This document shows positions 1 to 9,893 of a DNA stretch of 54,276 nt, in pieces (the stretch's first letter is position 1; every line of letters starts with the position of its first letter). The notes under the pieces were generated by a model. It searched no databases. It worked only from the letters and a program-made list of their open reading frames with translations, and was not told the origin of the DNA. This DNA comes from a virus (lineage: Duplodnaviria > Caudoviricetes). The stretch covers positions 1 to 54,276 of the IMG/VR virus record IMGVR_UViG_3300025121_000066. One strand, given 5' to 3'. The translations under genes were made by a program, and so were the position numbers.

Positions 1-86
1 AAGACTGTTTTTGTCAAATTCATCCTTTAAACTAAAGATTTAACGGTTTTCTTTGACTGGTCATATAAAATAAAACTTAAAACTTA

Positions 87-458
87 ATGTATATGGATAA
101 TTTTAGAGATGAATTAAGAACAATAATAAGGAATAAAGAATGGGGTGAAAATGAAGTATTTGAAGCAATAGATGAATTGTTTGGAAAATATAAATATCAG
201 CTAATATCTGATATTAGAAGTAGTAAAATAATTATTTCTAAAATTGGTAGTTCTATGGAATGGGATATTTCCAATGTTGAAAAAGGTATCATAACAATTG
301 GAAGGTGGACAAAACTTGATGGTGGAACTTTTTCAATTTGGAAATCTATCAAACCTTTATTTGAAATACTAAATACAGAAGAACTTTATAATTTTATGTT
401 GGGGAAAAGAATACAAATTGAAAAAGATAGATTTGAAAGTGGATTTGAAAATGTGTAG
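87..458 (+). CDS. hypothetical protein
   Basis: 123-aa ORF in a co-oriented run of small genes; no motif recognised. Confidence 0.6.
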   Translation: MYMDNFRDELRTIIRNKEWGENEVFEAIDELFGKYKYQLISDIRSSKIIISKIGSSMEWDISNVEKGIITIGRWTKLDGGTFSIWKSIKPLFEILNTEELYNFMLGKRIQIEKDRFESGFENV

Positions 459-693
459 TAATGATTTTATATACCCCTTCAAAAAAAACACACAAATCTT
501 TAGTTTGTGTGTAGTTCATATGTGGTGGATACGAACCTTTAAAGTAATATCAAATAAAAAAGCAAAAGAACTTGGATTAAGGCATTGGAGAAGTGTTTAT
601 GGAGATGAAATAAATCACCGAAACTGTAGGTCACTTTGGTATGATAATAAACAACGAATATATAGAGTAAATCATTTGGAAGATGTTTCTTAA
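418..693 (+). CDS. hypothetical protein
   Basis: ORF overlapping previous gene (true start may be downstream); followed by TAACG like the cassette-like ORFs at 40-50 kb. Confidence 0.5.
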   Translation: MKKIDLKVDLKMCSNDFIYPFKKNTQIFSLCVVHMWWIRTFKVISNKKAKELGLRHWRSVYGDEINHRNCRSLWYDNKQRIYRVNHLEDVS

Positions 694-811
694 AAAGGCA
701 TATAACGTTCATCAGATATATTTATATAAAAATAATAAATGAAGATGAAACATTATTAAAAGAACAACAGTATGTAGTTTTTCTTAATTAATAACACAAA
801 ACTTAAAAGAT

Positions 812-1156
812 ATGAATAGATTATGTAGTTATACAATATATCCACCTCCACCTGAACCTACACCTAAATATAGAATAGTTGAATCAGAAGGAACAAAAAC
901 TGGACGAAAATCAATATGGATTGAAAAAGAAGTTATACCAATTGGTAATACAAATACATTTAACATTATGGGATCACAATCATTTAATCTATATAGAGAA
1001 AGAGTTTTCCCATATTGGGAAAGTGTTTTAGGGAGTCACGGAAAAATAAAAAAGTTTAACACAATTTCTAAAGCAAATAAATATATAGATGAAATAACAG
1101 AACAAACTATTTTGAAATATTATATATATGGTGAAAATAATGAAGGAAATGAATAA
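812..1156 (+). CDS. hypothetical protein
   Basis: 114-aa ORF, Pro-rich N-terminus. Confidence 0.55.
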   Translation: MNRLCSYTIYPPPPEPTPKYRIVESEGTKTGRKSIWIEKEVIPIGNTNTFNIMGSQSFNLYRERVFPYWESVLGSHGKIKKFNTISKANKYIDEITEQTILKYYIYGENNEGNE

Positions 1157-1161
1157 AAATT

Positions 1162-1485
1162 ATGATAAAGGTATATATTGCTAGTGCCTATACAATAGGT
1201 GATACTGCTATTAATGTTAAAGTACAAATGGATATGGCAGAAAATTTAATGAATTTTGGTTTTGCTCCATTTGTTCCATTATATTCACATTTTCAACATA
1301 TGATGCATCCAAGACCACAAGAAGAATGGTTAAATTTTGATTTAGAGTGGGTAAAAACGTGTGATTGTTTATTAAGATTACCTGGACATAGTATTGGTGC
1401 AGATATAGAGGTAGAACATGCTAAAAAACACAATATACAAATTTTTTATTCCATAGAAGAATTAGTTAAATTTTATGAAAATTAG
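1162..1485 (+). CDS. nucleoside 2-deoxyribosyltransferase-like (DUF4406/DUF1937-type) protein
   Basis: KVYIASAYT...CDCLLRLPGHSIGADIEVEHAK pattern typical of this small Rossmann-like family. Confidence 0.7.
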   Translation: MIKVYIASAYTIGDTAINVKVQMDMAENLMNFGFAPFVPLYSHFQHMMHPRPQEEWLNFDLEWVKTCDCLLRLPGHSIGADIEVEHAKKHNIQIFYSIEELVKFYEN

Positions 1486-1515
1486 TATATTGTAGTTCAT
1501 ATAAAAATATGTTAA

Positions 1516-1677
1516 ATGAATGATAAATTTGTATTGCCTTGGGGTTTAGATTATTGCAAATGTGGTAAAATTAAACGACAAAATATTGATAAAATTTGTG
1601 TTAATTGTAAATTAGATTTAAACAGATTACGTATACGAAAATTAAAAATTAAAAAATTATTAAAAAATGACACATAA
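1516..1677 (+). CDS. small Cys-containing protein with basic C-terminal RxxKIKKL-like motif (below ORF-track cutoff)
   Basis: manual translation MNDKFVLPWGLDYCKCGK...CVNCK...RIRKLKIKKLLKNDT. Confidence 0.5.
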   Translation: MNDKFVLPWGLDYCKCGKIKRQNIDKICVNCKLDLNRLRIRKLKIKKLLKNDT

Positions 1678-1717
1678 TTCATCGTAAAAAATATGTTAAA
1701 TAAAGAAGATTATTAAA

Positions 1718-1936
1718 ATGTTAGATAGAGAATTAATAAAACAATATTTAATAGAAAAAAAGTATTGGAATTGTAAAAACGATTCACAAATAAAATCTAT
1801 TATAAAAATTGATAATACTATTTACTTAGATATATATTTGTTTCCTACGTCATCCTATTCTGTTTCTAAAAAAATAAATTTAAATGATTATGAACTTTGG
1901 TTAAGAATAAAAAAAATAAAAATATTAATTAAATGA
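1718..1936 (+). CDS. small protein, paralog family ending WLRxKKI
   Basis: ends LNDYELWLRIKKIKILIK; similar to next two ORFs. Confidence 0.6.
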   Translation: MLDRELIKQYLIEKKYWNCKNDSQIKSIIKIDNTIYLDIYLFPTSSYSVSKKINLNDYELWLRIKKIKILIK

Positions 1937-2163
1937 TAACTAAACAATTATTAGAAGAATATTTATTATTTAAAAGAAAATTACCAAAAGATGCTAATAT
2001 TGATAGTTGGAGTTTTCATTATATTGGTAAACAAAAAAGAAAAGTCATTGCTATATGGTTTTCAAAATTAAATTCGTTAGATTGGAAAATTCCTATAGAT
2101 GAATATTTAAGTGATTATATTGTTTGGATAAGAAGAAAAAAAATAGAAAAAATATTAAAATGA
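1933..2163 (+). CDS. small protein, paralog family ending WIRRKKI
   Basis: ATGA overlap with previous gene; ends LSDYIVWIRRKKIEKILK. Confidence 0.6.
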   Translation: MITKQLLEEYLLFKRKLPKDANIDSWSFHYIGKQKRKVIAIWFSKLNSLDWKIPIDEYLSDYIVWIRRKKIEKILK

Positions 2164-2393
2164 TTAAAAAAATATCCAATAAAAATGCTATTGATATATT
2201 AACTTTATATTTAAGAAACAAAACAAATTATGAATATGCTACAATATATGAAATAATTCATATTAATCAGTCGATAAATATAGAATTTAGAGTATCTTTA
2301 TTTGATGATGAACATAGAATTTATGAATTAAATGAAGTAGATTTTAAAATTTGGTTAAGAAGAAAAAAATTAAATAAAATAATGAAAAAATAA
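2160..2393 (+). CDS. small protein, paralog family ending WLRRKKL
   Basis: start reassigned to ATG 2160 (ATGA overlap); ends DFKIWLRRKKLNKIMKK. Confidence 0.6.
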   Translation: MIKKISNKNAIDILTLYLRNKTNYEYATIYEIIHINQSINIEFRVSLFDDEHRIYELNEVDFKIWLRRKKLNKIMKK

Positions 2394-2455
2394 TTTATTA
2401 TTAAAAATTGTTTATTATATATATATTAATACTAAATTTGTATAAAATTATAATT

Positions 2456-2983
2456 ATGAAAAAATTTAATAATATTCCCAACAAATTTTATAAAGTTGAT
2501 GATAAGATAATTTGGGATTCAAGATCAGTAGCGGTTATTGCTTTTATTATACTTGAAAAAGATAATGATATCTATGTCCTTATTGGACAAAGAGGTACTG
2601 GCGCACCTGATAATAACGGATTATGGAATTGTCCATGTGGTTATTTAGATCGAAATGAAACTGGATCAGAAGCTATTGATAGAGAAGTTTGGGAAGAAAC
2701 TGGTTTTGATATAGATACTATTAAAAATCCTATTATAGATTATATGAAACAACCTTGGTTTGTAAATACAGATCCATCTGAAAATAGACAAAATGTTTCT
2801 TTAAGATATGGTGCTTATTTTAAATCTGATATATTACCAGAATTAACTGATGAAAATTCTGAACCTAATGAAATAGCAGATTTAAAATGGGAAAAAGTTA
2901 AAAATCTTGATAAATATGATTGGGCTTATAACCATGATAAAAAAATTGTGGAATTTTTAGAATTAATAAACGATAAATTATAA
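2456..2983 (+). CDS. Nudix hydrolase (ADP-ribose pyrophosphatase-like)
   Basis: Nudix box GYLDRNETGSEAIDREVWEETG; start reassigned to ATG 2456. Confidence 0.9.
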   Translation: MKKFNNIPNKFYKVDDKIIWDSRSVAVIAFIILEKDNDIYVLIGQRGTGAPDNNGLWNCPCGYLDRNETGSEAIDREVWEETGFDIDTIKNPIIDYMKQPWFVNTDPSENRQNVSLRYGAYFKSDILPELTDENSEPNEIADLKWEKVKNLDKYDWAYNHDKKIVEFLELINDKL

Positions 2984-2996
2984 TGAATATTAAAAT

Positions 2997-3710
2997 ATGC
3001 AACAACATTTTATAAATATTTACCAAGATACTGTTAGAAGAATTAATAAATTATCAACTAATTCAATTACTACTAAACATACTATCAAAGATATTAAATT
3101 TACAAAAGGTATTAAACCAAATGTATCTATAATTAACTATGATACTGTTTCGGCTGGTATTATGTATGCAGAAAAAGGAAAAACTTGTGTTATTAATATG
3201 GCATCATATAAAAGACCAGGTGGTGGTGTTAAAAGAGGTGCTCAAGCACAAGAAGAATGTCTATTTAGATGTTCTAATCTAATCAATACAATACCAGAAT
3301 CATTCTACCCTTTAAAATTAGATGAAGGTATATATACAAAAAATGCACTTTTTATAAAAGATAAAAATTATGTTATTATAAAACCTGTTGAATTAGATGT
3401 AGTTACAGTAGCATCTATTAATTTAAATGAAATTGAAGAAGGATTTGAAAATACACTAGAATATAGAACAATAATGATGAATAAAATGTTATTAATGTTA
3501 TCATTAGCATCTGAAAACGGTTGTGATAATTTAATTCTTGGTGCTTGGGGTTGTGGAGTTTTTCATAATAACCCTACAATAGTTGCACAAATGTTTAAAG
3601 AAGTAATAACTAATAATTATTTTAATATTAAAAATATAATATTTGCTATAATTAATGATCATAATTCAACAGATGATAATTATAATATTTTCAAAAATAT
3701 ATTAGAATAG
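2997..3710 (+). CDS. TIGR02452/DUF2263 bacterial PARG-type macrodomain (ADP-ribose glycohydrolase)
   Basis: NMASYKRPGGGVKRGAQAQEECLFRCS (GGG-x-QEE signature) and LILGAWGCGVFHN. Confidence 0.9.
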   Translation: MQQHFINIYQDTVRRINKLSTNSITTKHTIKDIKFTKGIKPNVSIINYDTVSAGIMYAEKGKTCVINMASYKRPGGGVKRGAQAQEECLFRCSNLINTIPESFYPLKLDEGIYTKNALFIKDKNYVIIKPVELDVVTVASINLNEIEEGFENTLEYRTIMMNKMLLMLSLASENGCDNLILGAWGCGVFHNNPTIVAQMFKEVITNNYFNIKNIIFAIINDHNSTDDNYNIFKNILE

Positions 3711-3968
3711 ATGACCGATAATTGCACACATTGTTTATATTCATATAATGATACTACATCATTATTAATTAACGATTTATTTAAAACACAAAAATTCAAT
3801 GAAATAACTTGTATGAAGTGTAATCATATTAATTCACCTTTTTATAATGAATTAGTAGATGAAGAAACTATTTGTCGTTTATTTGTAGATTCTCATGAAT
3901 ACTTTCTATTGAAAGATAGACGAGAAAATATCGAAGAATTAAAAAGGAAAATGAGATTCAAAAAATGA
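3711..3968 (+). CDS. hypothetical Cys-rich protein
   Basis: CxxC and CxxCxH motifs; operonic spacing. Confidence 0.55.
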   Translation: MTDNCTHCLYSYNDTTSLLINDLFKTQKFNEITCMKCNHINSPFYNELVDEETICRLFVDSHEYFLLKDRRENIEELKRKMRFKK

Positions 3969-4378
3969 GATTAGCAGTAATTTGTTCAAGAACATTTAAA
4001 GATTATAATTTATTAAAGTCAAAATTAGACTATATAAACAACTTAAAACAAATAACGTGTATTGTATCAGGTGGATCAAATGGTGCCGATAAATTGGCTG
4101 AAAAGTGGGCTGATGACAATAATATACCTAAGAAGATATACCTTGCTGAATGGAATAACTTAGATGTTGAACATTGTCAAATAAAATATAATAAATATGG
4201 AAATGCATATAATTGTTTAGCAGGATATAATAGAAATGAAGATATCATAAAAAATTCAGATAGAGTTTTAGCTTTTTGGGATAATTCTTCTAAAGGTACA
4301 TTACATTCTATTAATTTAGCAAAGAAATATAATAAACCGATTAAGGTAATTAAATATATAGATGAAATTGAAACTTAA
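3965..4378 (+). CDS. SLOG-family (DUF2493/YspA-like) protein
   Basis: SRTFKDY...IVSGGSNGADKLAEKWA...AGYNRNEDII...AFWDNSSKGT. Confidence 0.85.
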   Translation: MRLAVICSRTFKDYNLLKSKLDYINNLKQITCIVSGGSNGADKLAEKWADDNNIPKKIYLAEWNNLDVEHCQIKYNKYGNAYNCLAGYNRNEDIIKNSDRVLAFWDNSSKGTLHSINLAKKYNKPIKVIKYIDEIET

Positions 4379-4381
4379 ATT

Positions 4382-4702
4382 ATGGATAAACAAATAGAAG
4401 GATATTGGTATTCACAAACTACACCACAATATCCTATGCCTATGCCTAATATATTAACGGAAAAAGAAGCATCTGCTATTTATATATTAATCAAAATAAA
4501 AGAAAGAAATGCTATTATAAATGAAGTCAAAAGTTGGACTATAAGTAAATTAACTAGTGAAAGATTAAGTGGAATTGAATTTGAAACTGATACTTGGGTT
4601 TGGCCAGATGATTTTGCAAAACATTATGTGTTTGAACATAAAGTAAAACCATCAAAAGAATTTCTAAAATATATAGGATATTCCGATATTAAAATAAAAT
4701 GA
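4382..4702 (+). CDS. hypothetical protein
   Basis: 106-aa ORF, WVWPDDFAKHYVFEHKVKPSKEF motif. Confidence 0.6.
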   Translation: MDKQIEGYWYSQTTPQYPMPMPNILTEKEASAIYILIKIKERNAIINEVKSWTISKLTSERLSGIEFETDTWVWPDDFAKHYVFEHKVKPSKEFLKYIGYSDIKIK

Positions 4703-4735
4703 AAAAAGGGGAATTAAAAAGTTTCCCTTTTTTAT
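4702..4735 (+). terminator. intrinsic terminator
   Basis: AAAAAAGGGGAA-loop-TTCCCTTTTTT hairpin with T-tract. Confidence 0.7.
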
Positions 4736-4767
4736 TTTATATATAGTAAAAAAATATTATATTTAGA

Positions 4768-5226
4768 ATGAAAATTAATTTCATAGATTTCATTAATGAA
4801 AATAAATCTGATGATAAATTTGAAAAGTTTTTAGATGATGTTAAAACTGAAATAAAAACATTTAAAAATACTATTGATCAAGCTGATGAATTCGTTGAAA
4901 TGTATTATGATTCATTAAAAAATTCATTTAATAATGGATTTACCGTAAGAGAAGCAATTGCTGCTACTAAAATTCCAGGGAAAAAAATTGAAGATGATAA
5001 AGTTACCGAATCATTTATATTTAATATAGATGATAAATATGAAAGAATATACAATAAAATAAAAAATATTAAGACTTATAGTGATTTAGATGAAAGTTAT
5101 AATGATATACAAAAATATTTTAATGAATTTAATAATAAAAGATATTCTGATATTAGATTATATGAAAGATTTAGAAATAATCATAAAGATCTTATAAAAT
5201 TATACAATAATAGAAATGAATTTTAA
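4768..5226 (+). CDS. hypothetical protein with N-terminal F-x-x-F-x-N-E motif (putative capsid-internal protein)
   Basis: MKINFIDFINE; TTTTATATATA motif upstream. Confidence 0.6.
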   Translation: MKINFIDFINENKSDDKFEKFLDDVKTEIKTFKNTIDQADEFVEMYYDSLKNSFNNGFTVREAIAATKIPGKKIEDDKVTESFIFNIDDKYERIYNKIKNIKTYSDLDESYNDIQKYFNEFNNKRYSDIRLYERFRNNHKDLIKLYNNRNEF

Positions 5227-5599
5227 AGAATTTATGTTTGAAAAATATGATTTAAAAATTCAATACGACATTGATAATATGGATAATGATTTTATTAAAA
5301 AATTAGAAAATGAATTATCTTTTCTTTATAGAAAAAGAAAAGAAAGATATATTAGACCACATAGAATTGTAGGTTCAATGGGTGATGAAATTGATTTAAG
5401 ATTAAATATGACTAATAAAGATATTTTATTAATTAATTTTAAAGATGAAGAATTAAAAGTTACTATTAATGGAGATATTATTTATCATATGGACGAATTT
5501 AAAAAAGAAGATGTGATAGAAAAGGTAGAAAAATTATATAGAAAATATATTGAACAACAAAACTTTACTGTTATGAAAAAAATAAATCCTTTTAAATAA
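5216..5599 (+). CDS. hypothetical protein
   Basis: MNFKEFMFE N-terminus. Confidence 0.6.
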   Translation: MNFKEFMFEKYDLKIQYDIDNMDNDFIKKLENELSFLYRKRKERYIRPHRIVGSMGDEIDLRLNMTNKDILLINFKDEELKVTINGDIIYHMDEFKKEDVIEKVEKLYRKYIEQQNFTVMKKINPFK

Positions 5600-5629
5600 T
5601 GAAAAAATATTGTATAGTTCATGATTGAA

Positions 5630-6031
5630 TTATACTTTAATAATCCCTTTTAATGATGCTTTTTTTAATCCTTGTAAAAATCTAAATCTACGTAACTCAG
5701 GTAAATTGCTAATTCCGTTTACTTTTGATAATTTTTTATCAATATGATTTGGTACACTAATTTTATCCCAACCATTTATATTCATTAATTTAATTATTTT
5801 ATCTATGAAATTATAATAATCCGGATACATATCAATCATTCTTCTACGACTTTTTAACATATCTAATGTATAAATTGCGGTATTAGTATTTTGTTTTATA
5901 GGTTTATTTGGTTTTTTAGGAACATTATCATAATTATACATATCAGCATTATCATTACCTTTATATAAATTATCTAATTGTTCTGGGGTAAGAAAATTTT
6001 CTTTTAAAAATTCACTGAAACTTATAATCAT
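5630..6031 (-). CDS. hypothetical protein
   Basis: MIISFSEFLKE N-terminus; TATATA motif upstream. Confidence 0.6.
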   Translation of the reverse strand: MIISFSEFLKENFLTPEQLDNLYKGNDNADMYNYDNVPKKPNKPIKQNTNTAIYTLDMLKSRRRMIDMYPDYYNFIDKIIKLMNINGWDKISVPNHIDKKLSKVNGISNLPELRRFRFLQGLKKASLKGIIKV

Positions 6032-6107
6032 TATAATATTTTTATTTTTATATATAAAATATAAAACTCATTGAAAAATAAGTTAATTATAAAAAAATTA
6101 AAAATAA

Positions 6108-6422
6108 ATGAAAATAAAAAGATTTAATGAATTATTTGAAAATATATCTGAAAATGAAGTTGTTTCTTTTTTAAAAAAGCAAATGGAAAAAGATAAAAAA
6201 GAATATACAGGTGATATTCCTACAAAATATAATCCTGGTAGTACTTGGGATGATAGAAATTGGATTGTAGATGAAATACTACAATTTTTACAAAATGATT
6301 ATACTACTTCGTACATACTTCAAAAATTTAGTGAAAAATATACATATGACGAATTAGATAATATTTTGAAGAATAATTTTGATTCTGAATATAGATATTC
6401 AAAAAAACTAATAGATGGTTAA
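6108..6422 (+). CDS. hypothetical protein
   Basis: MKIKRFNELFE N-terminus. Confidence 0.6.
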   Translation: MKIKRFNELFENISENEVVSFLKKQMEKDKKEYTGDIPTKYNPGSTWDDRNWIVDEILQFLQNDYTTSYILQKFSEKYTYDELDNILKNNFDSEYRYSKKLIDG

Positions 6423-6451
6423 ATACAATTAAAAATATAATAATATTAATT

Positions 6452-6850
6452 ATGACAGATATAACAAAAAAGTTTAGTGATTTTCAAGCTAAAAAAGAAA
6501 AAAAATTTGATAAAAATAAAGAATATGAACCATTATCAGATGATATGTTAGTTTTAGCACAAATGGAAGATGGTAATTTTAAAAAAATAGAAGGTGGTAT
6601 TGATATTATACAAATTACTGGAATTGCATCACAAGATGAAATTAAAAAAATTGAAGAAAATTTCACATTAGATACATCGATATTAATTAAAAATATTAAA
6701 AGAGGTGATATTATTTGGCTTACTGCACTTCTTCAACGTACAAGTGGATCATCTATAAATTCACAAACTATGGGTGTTGTTAAAGCTAGAATTGTTGATT
6801 ATTTTTTTGGTTTAAATAAACTAAATCAAATAAAACCAATGGATAAATAA
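6452..6850 (+). CDS. hypothetical protein
   Basis: 132-aa ORF, KKFSDF near N-terminus. Confidence 0.65.
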   Translation: MTDITKKFSDFQAKKEKKFDKNKEYEPLSDDMLVLAQMEDGNFKKIEGGIDIIQITGIASQDEIKKIEENFTLDTSILIKNIKRGDIIWLTALLQRTSGSSINSQTMGVVKARIVDYFFGLNKLNQIKPMDK

Positions 6851-6948
6851 TAATATATGAACTATACATATTTTAGTTCATATTTAAATATTTTAAAATC
6901 AAAAAAAAAGATTATATTTTTTATATATACTATAAAAAAAATATAAAA

Positions 6949-8628
6949 ATGGTAAACAATTTTGATTTATATATGTTTAATAGATTATTAGAACAAGTAA
7001 AAACCGGTGAAATATATTTATATTTTTCTTCAAGATTTAGAAGTATATTAAAGTCAATTAATAATCCTATTGCTAAAAGATTATTAGATAATGAAACAAC
7101 ATCTTTTAAAGTTAAAAAATCATATATTGATATCGATGAAAATTCAATAGATAAAATTACATTTATATCTATACCTAAAATAATTGATATTATAGCAACG
7201 GATAAAGATATTAAAAAAAAAGATGTTGATTTATCTTTAAATACAACAAGTTCATATAATTATATTAAAGACAGATCTGATATGTATACAAAATATAGAG
7301 TTTCAATGAAAATTAATAAATTTATTAATGATATATTTAATAATGAGTATAAAACGATTAATTTAACAGACGAAGAAAAAAAAACATTTAAATTAAACGG
7401 TATAATTTCTAAATCACAAGAATTAGAACAATTCGTAAATCAATTTAAATCACTTAGAGAACCAGGAACTTTTGAATTAGTAAGTGGTGATGATTTAGAA
7501 TATTGGTATTTATCATCTCATAATAGTTATGTTAGTAATCCTGATTATAGAGGAACATTACAACAATCATGTATGAATAATACAAATGCTCAAAGTTATT
7601 TAAATTTTTATGTAAATAATCCTGATAAAGTTTCCTTATTAATAATGAAAGATAAAAATAATCCCGATTTAATATCATCTAGATCATTAATTTGGACTTT
7701 GGATAAACCAGAAGGAAGAAAATTTATGGATAGAATTTATACAACATATCAATATCAAGCAGAAATGTTTAAAGATTATGCTAAAACACAAAATTGGTTA
7801 TATAAATCAATACAAAATTCAAATGAAAATACAAATATTTTTGATCCTATGGATAGTACTGATATGGAAAGAGAATTAGTTGTTTCTGAATTTGTCAATA
7901 ATGATAAATATCCTTATTTAGATACATTAAAATACTATAATCCTGATGATGAAATTTTAACTAATAATAGAGATTTTTTTAATAGTAATGATACTGTATA
8001 TCATCTAGAAAGTACTTCTGGTGGTTATGAACCTTCATCTAATCTTTCATATGAAGAACTTGTTGAAATGTATGTTGATTTGATATTAGAAGATTTTGAA
8101 GAATATGCTAAAAATTATTTTGGAGAACAAATTTGGCAATTTGTAGATGATGATAGTTATGTTTCAGAACATATTGAGAATGAAATAAGTTATTATTTAG
8201 ATGATTTTAAACACGTTATGGACGTTGGTAATATTAAAGATTATATTAAAGAAAATTGTGACGAAGATAAAGTAGCTAGAGAAATTAAGTTTGGTAAATA
8301 TAATGAACTTGATGCTGATGATGAAGATAATTCTGATTCTGGTTATGGTGATGTATGGGAAAAGTTAGATGATTTAGATGATGATGAAATATTTGATTTA
8401 TCAGATGAATTAGGTATAAGAGAAGATTTTGTAACTGAATATGTAGAAAATATGTATTCAAATTATACAGCAAGAGAACTAATTGAAGATATTTATGGTA
8501 GAACTAGTGAAATTACTGAAGATATATGGCAGATGATATCTTATTATATAGATGAACGAGAAGCAGCACAATGGTATGCTGAACACGAAGGAGAAGATTA
8601 TTTAAGAGAAATATTTGGAAATGATTAA
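6949..8628 (+). CDS. large phage protein with SCM...MDRIY domain and acidic C-terminus; paralog of 25990-27396
   Basis: LQQSCM...FYVNNPDKVSLLI...WTLDKPEGRKFMDRIYT...YPYLDTL shared with the 25990 ORF. Confidence 0.75.
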   Translation: MVNNFDLYMFNRLLEQVKTGEIYLYFSSRFRSILKSINNPIAKRLLDNETTSFKVKKSYIDIDENSIDKITFISIPKIIDIIATDKDIKKKDVDLSLNTTSSYNYIKDRSDMYTKYRVSMKINKFINDIFNNEYKTINLTDEEKKTFKLNGIISKSQELEQFVNQFKSLREPGTFELVSGDDLEYWYLSSHNSYVSNPDYRGTLQQSCMNNTNAQSYLNFYVNNPDKVSLLIMKDKNNPDLISSRSLIWTLDKPEGRKFMDRIYTTYQYQAEMFKDYAKTQNWLYKSIQNSNENTNIFDPMDSTDMERELVVSEFVNNDKYPYLDTLKYYNPDDEILTNNRDFFNSNDTVYHLESTSGGYEPSSNLSYEELVEMYVDLILEDFEEYAKNYFGEQIWQFVDDDSYVSEHIENEISYYLDDFKHVMDVGNIKDYIKENCDEDKVAREIKFGKYNELDADDEDNSDSGYGDVWEKLDDLDDDEIFDLSDELGIREDFVTEYVENMYSNYTARELIEDIYGRTSEITEDIWQMISYYIDEREAAQWYAEHEGEDYLREIFGND

Positions 8629-8668
8629 AAATAGTTAATATTTTATTTTCATATTAAATAAATTTATG

Positions 8669-8676
8669 TATTTTTG
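8669..8676 (+). promoter_or_regulatory. Bacteroidota-type -7 box
   Basis: TATTTTTG 23 nt before ATG 8700. Confidence 0.5.
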
Positions 8677-8699
8677 TATAAAAATTAATTTTTTTAACA

Positions 8700-8897
8700 A
8701 TGCCAAAAAAAGCTAAAAATATGAAAGACTATTCTGATCTTAAAAAAAGATTAGAAATACGTGTGTCTTTTTTATACAAAGCTTATAAAAGAGGAACATT
8801 TAAATTAGAAGATTTAAGTCCAGGATTAGCTGATATGATTAAAAAACTTGATGAAAATGAATCTAGTGATAATAACTCAGAACCCCTGAACCCCTGA
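8700..8897 (+). CDS. hypothetical protein
   Basis: 65-aa ORF following promoter-like box. Confidence 0.55.
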   Translation: MPKKAKNMKDYSDLKKRLEIRVSFLYKAYKRGTFKLEDLSPGLADMIKKLDENESSDNNSEPLNP

Positions 8898-8918
8898 AAC
8901 AAATAGTAGAAGATTATA

Positions 8919-9737
8919 TTAATCAATTATAATATCCTTATAAGGGAAATAATCATCTTCAAATCTGAAATAGTATTTATTAACTCTTGTTTTTTTATCT
9001 TTATTTTTACAACAAGTAGATATATGTCTTCTTTGAAATCCTGTTTTTTCGGCTGCTTCATGTAAAGAATTAAATTTATCTATTAATTCATCGGTCTCTA
9101 TACAATATTGATATACAATTTTTCTTAAAGGATGATTCATTTTCATTTTAATTTTACTTTCTTCTTTATGTTTAATACCAGTCCAGTAATCATTTTTTTC
9201 CACATATGGAAAATAATTATTTTTATATCTAAAATAATAATCACCTACACTTTTTCTTCTACCTTTACAACAACAACTAATATGTGTTAGATTGGTTTGT
9301 AATTCAGCTTCCACTATAGAATTATATTCTTTTACAAATTTATTATCCTTAGTATATTGACAAACTACTTTTTTATTAGGATGATTTTTCTTTAAATTAA
9401 TAATATGATTATTTTTCAATTTAGTATTTTTTGGTGTAGGATTCTGACCACCAATAGTTGAATTTTTTAAATTAAATCCCCATTGTTTAAATTGGGAAAT
9501 CCAATATATTTCTAAATCATCAATGTTATCTTCATCTCCTTGATCAAGGAATTCCATAATAGGCATAAGATTATTGTTTTTCAAATATTTTAACCATTTA
9601 TTTTTTGGATTCCATAATCTTTTTAAATTAGATGGTTGCATATGTCTAGATAATCTATCCTTTAAATTTTTGGTTTTTCCTATATATTTTACTTCCTTTA
9701 ATATAGGATCAGATAATGTATAAATGTAATATTTCAT
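8919..9737 (-). CDS. GIY-YIG homing endonuclease with NUMOD1-like repeats
   Basis: YIYTL...KYIGKT...RLSRH, E-x-YWI...N; two VxQY...S..EA...HISxCCK repeats. Confidence 0.85.
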   Translation of the reverse strand: MKYYIYTLSDPILKEVKYIGKTKNLKDRLSRHMQPSNLKRLWNPKNKWLKYLKNNNLMPIMEFLDQGDEDNIDDLEIYWISQFKQWGFNLKNSTIGGQNPTPKNTKLKNNHIINLKKNHPNKKVVCQYTKDNKFVKEYNSIVEAELQTNLTHISCCCKGRRKSVGDYYFRYKNNYFPYVEKNDYWTGIKHKEESKIKMKMNHPLRKIVYQYCIETDELIDKFNSLHEAAEKTGFQRRHISTCCKNKDKKTRVNKYYFRFEDDYFPYKDIIID

Positions 9738-9820
9738 ATAATATTATTATTTTCATAGTATATATAAAAATAATATATCCATAAAGTGTTGGAACAAAAA
9801 TGTTAAAAAATAATTTTTTA

Positions 9821-9851
9821 TTTGCAAATTAAATAAATAGTTGTATATTTG
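9821..9851 (+). promoter_or_regulatory. Bacteroidota housekeeping-type promoter for gltX
   Basis: TTTG (9821-9824), 19-nt spacer, TATATTTG (9844-9851). Confidence 0.7.
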
Positions 9852-9893
9852 TATCTGATTTAATAATTCATTTAATAACTAAATTAAACATTT

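Noticed and set aside
500-6885. Recurring TAGTTCAT motif (about 511, 1493, 5616, 6874, also 45706)
   Set aside because: Short, AT-rich and in inconsistent contexts; cannot be separated from chance without statistics
8881-8898. AACCCCTG tandem duplication at end of ORF 8700-8897
   Set aside because: Only two 8-bp copies, with no evident consequence
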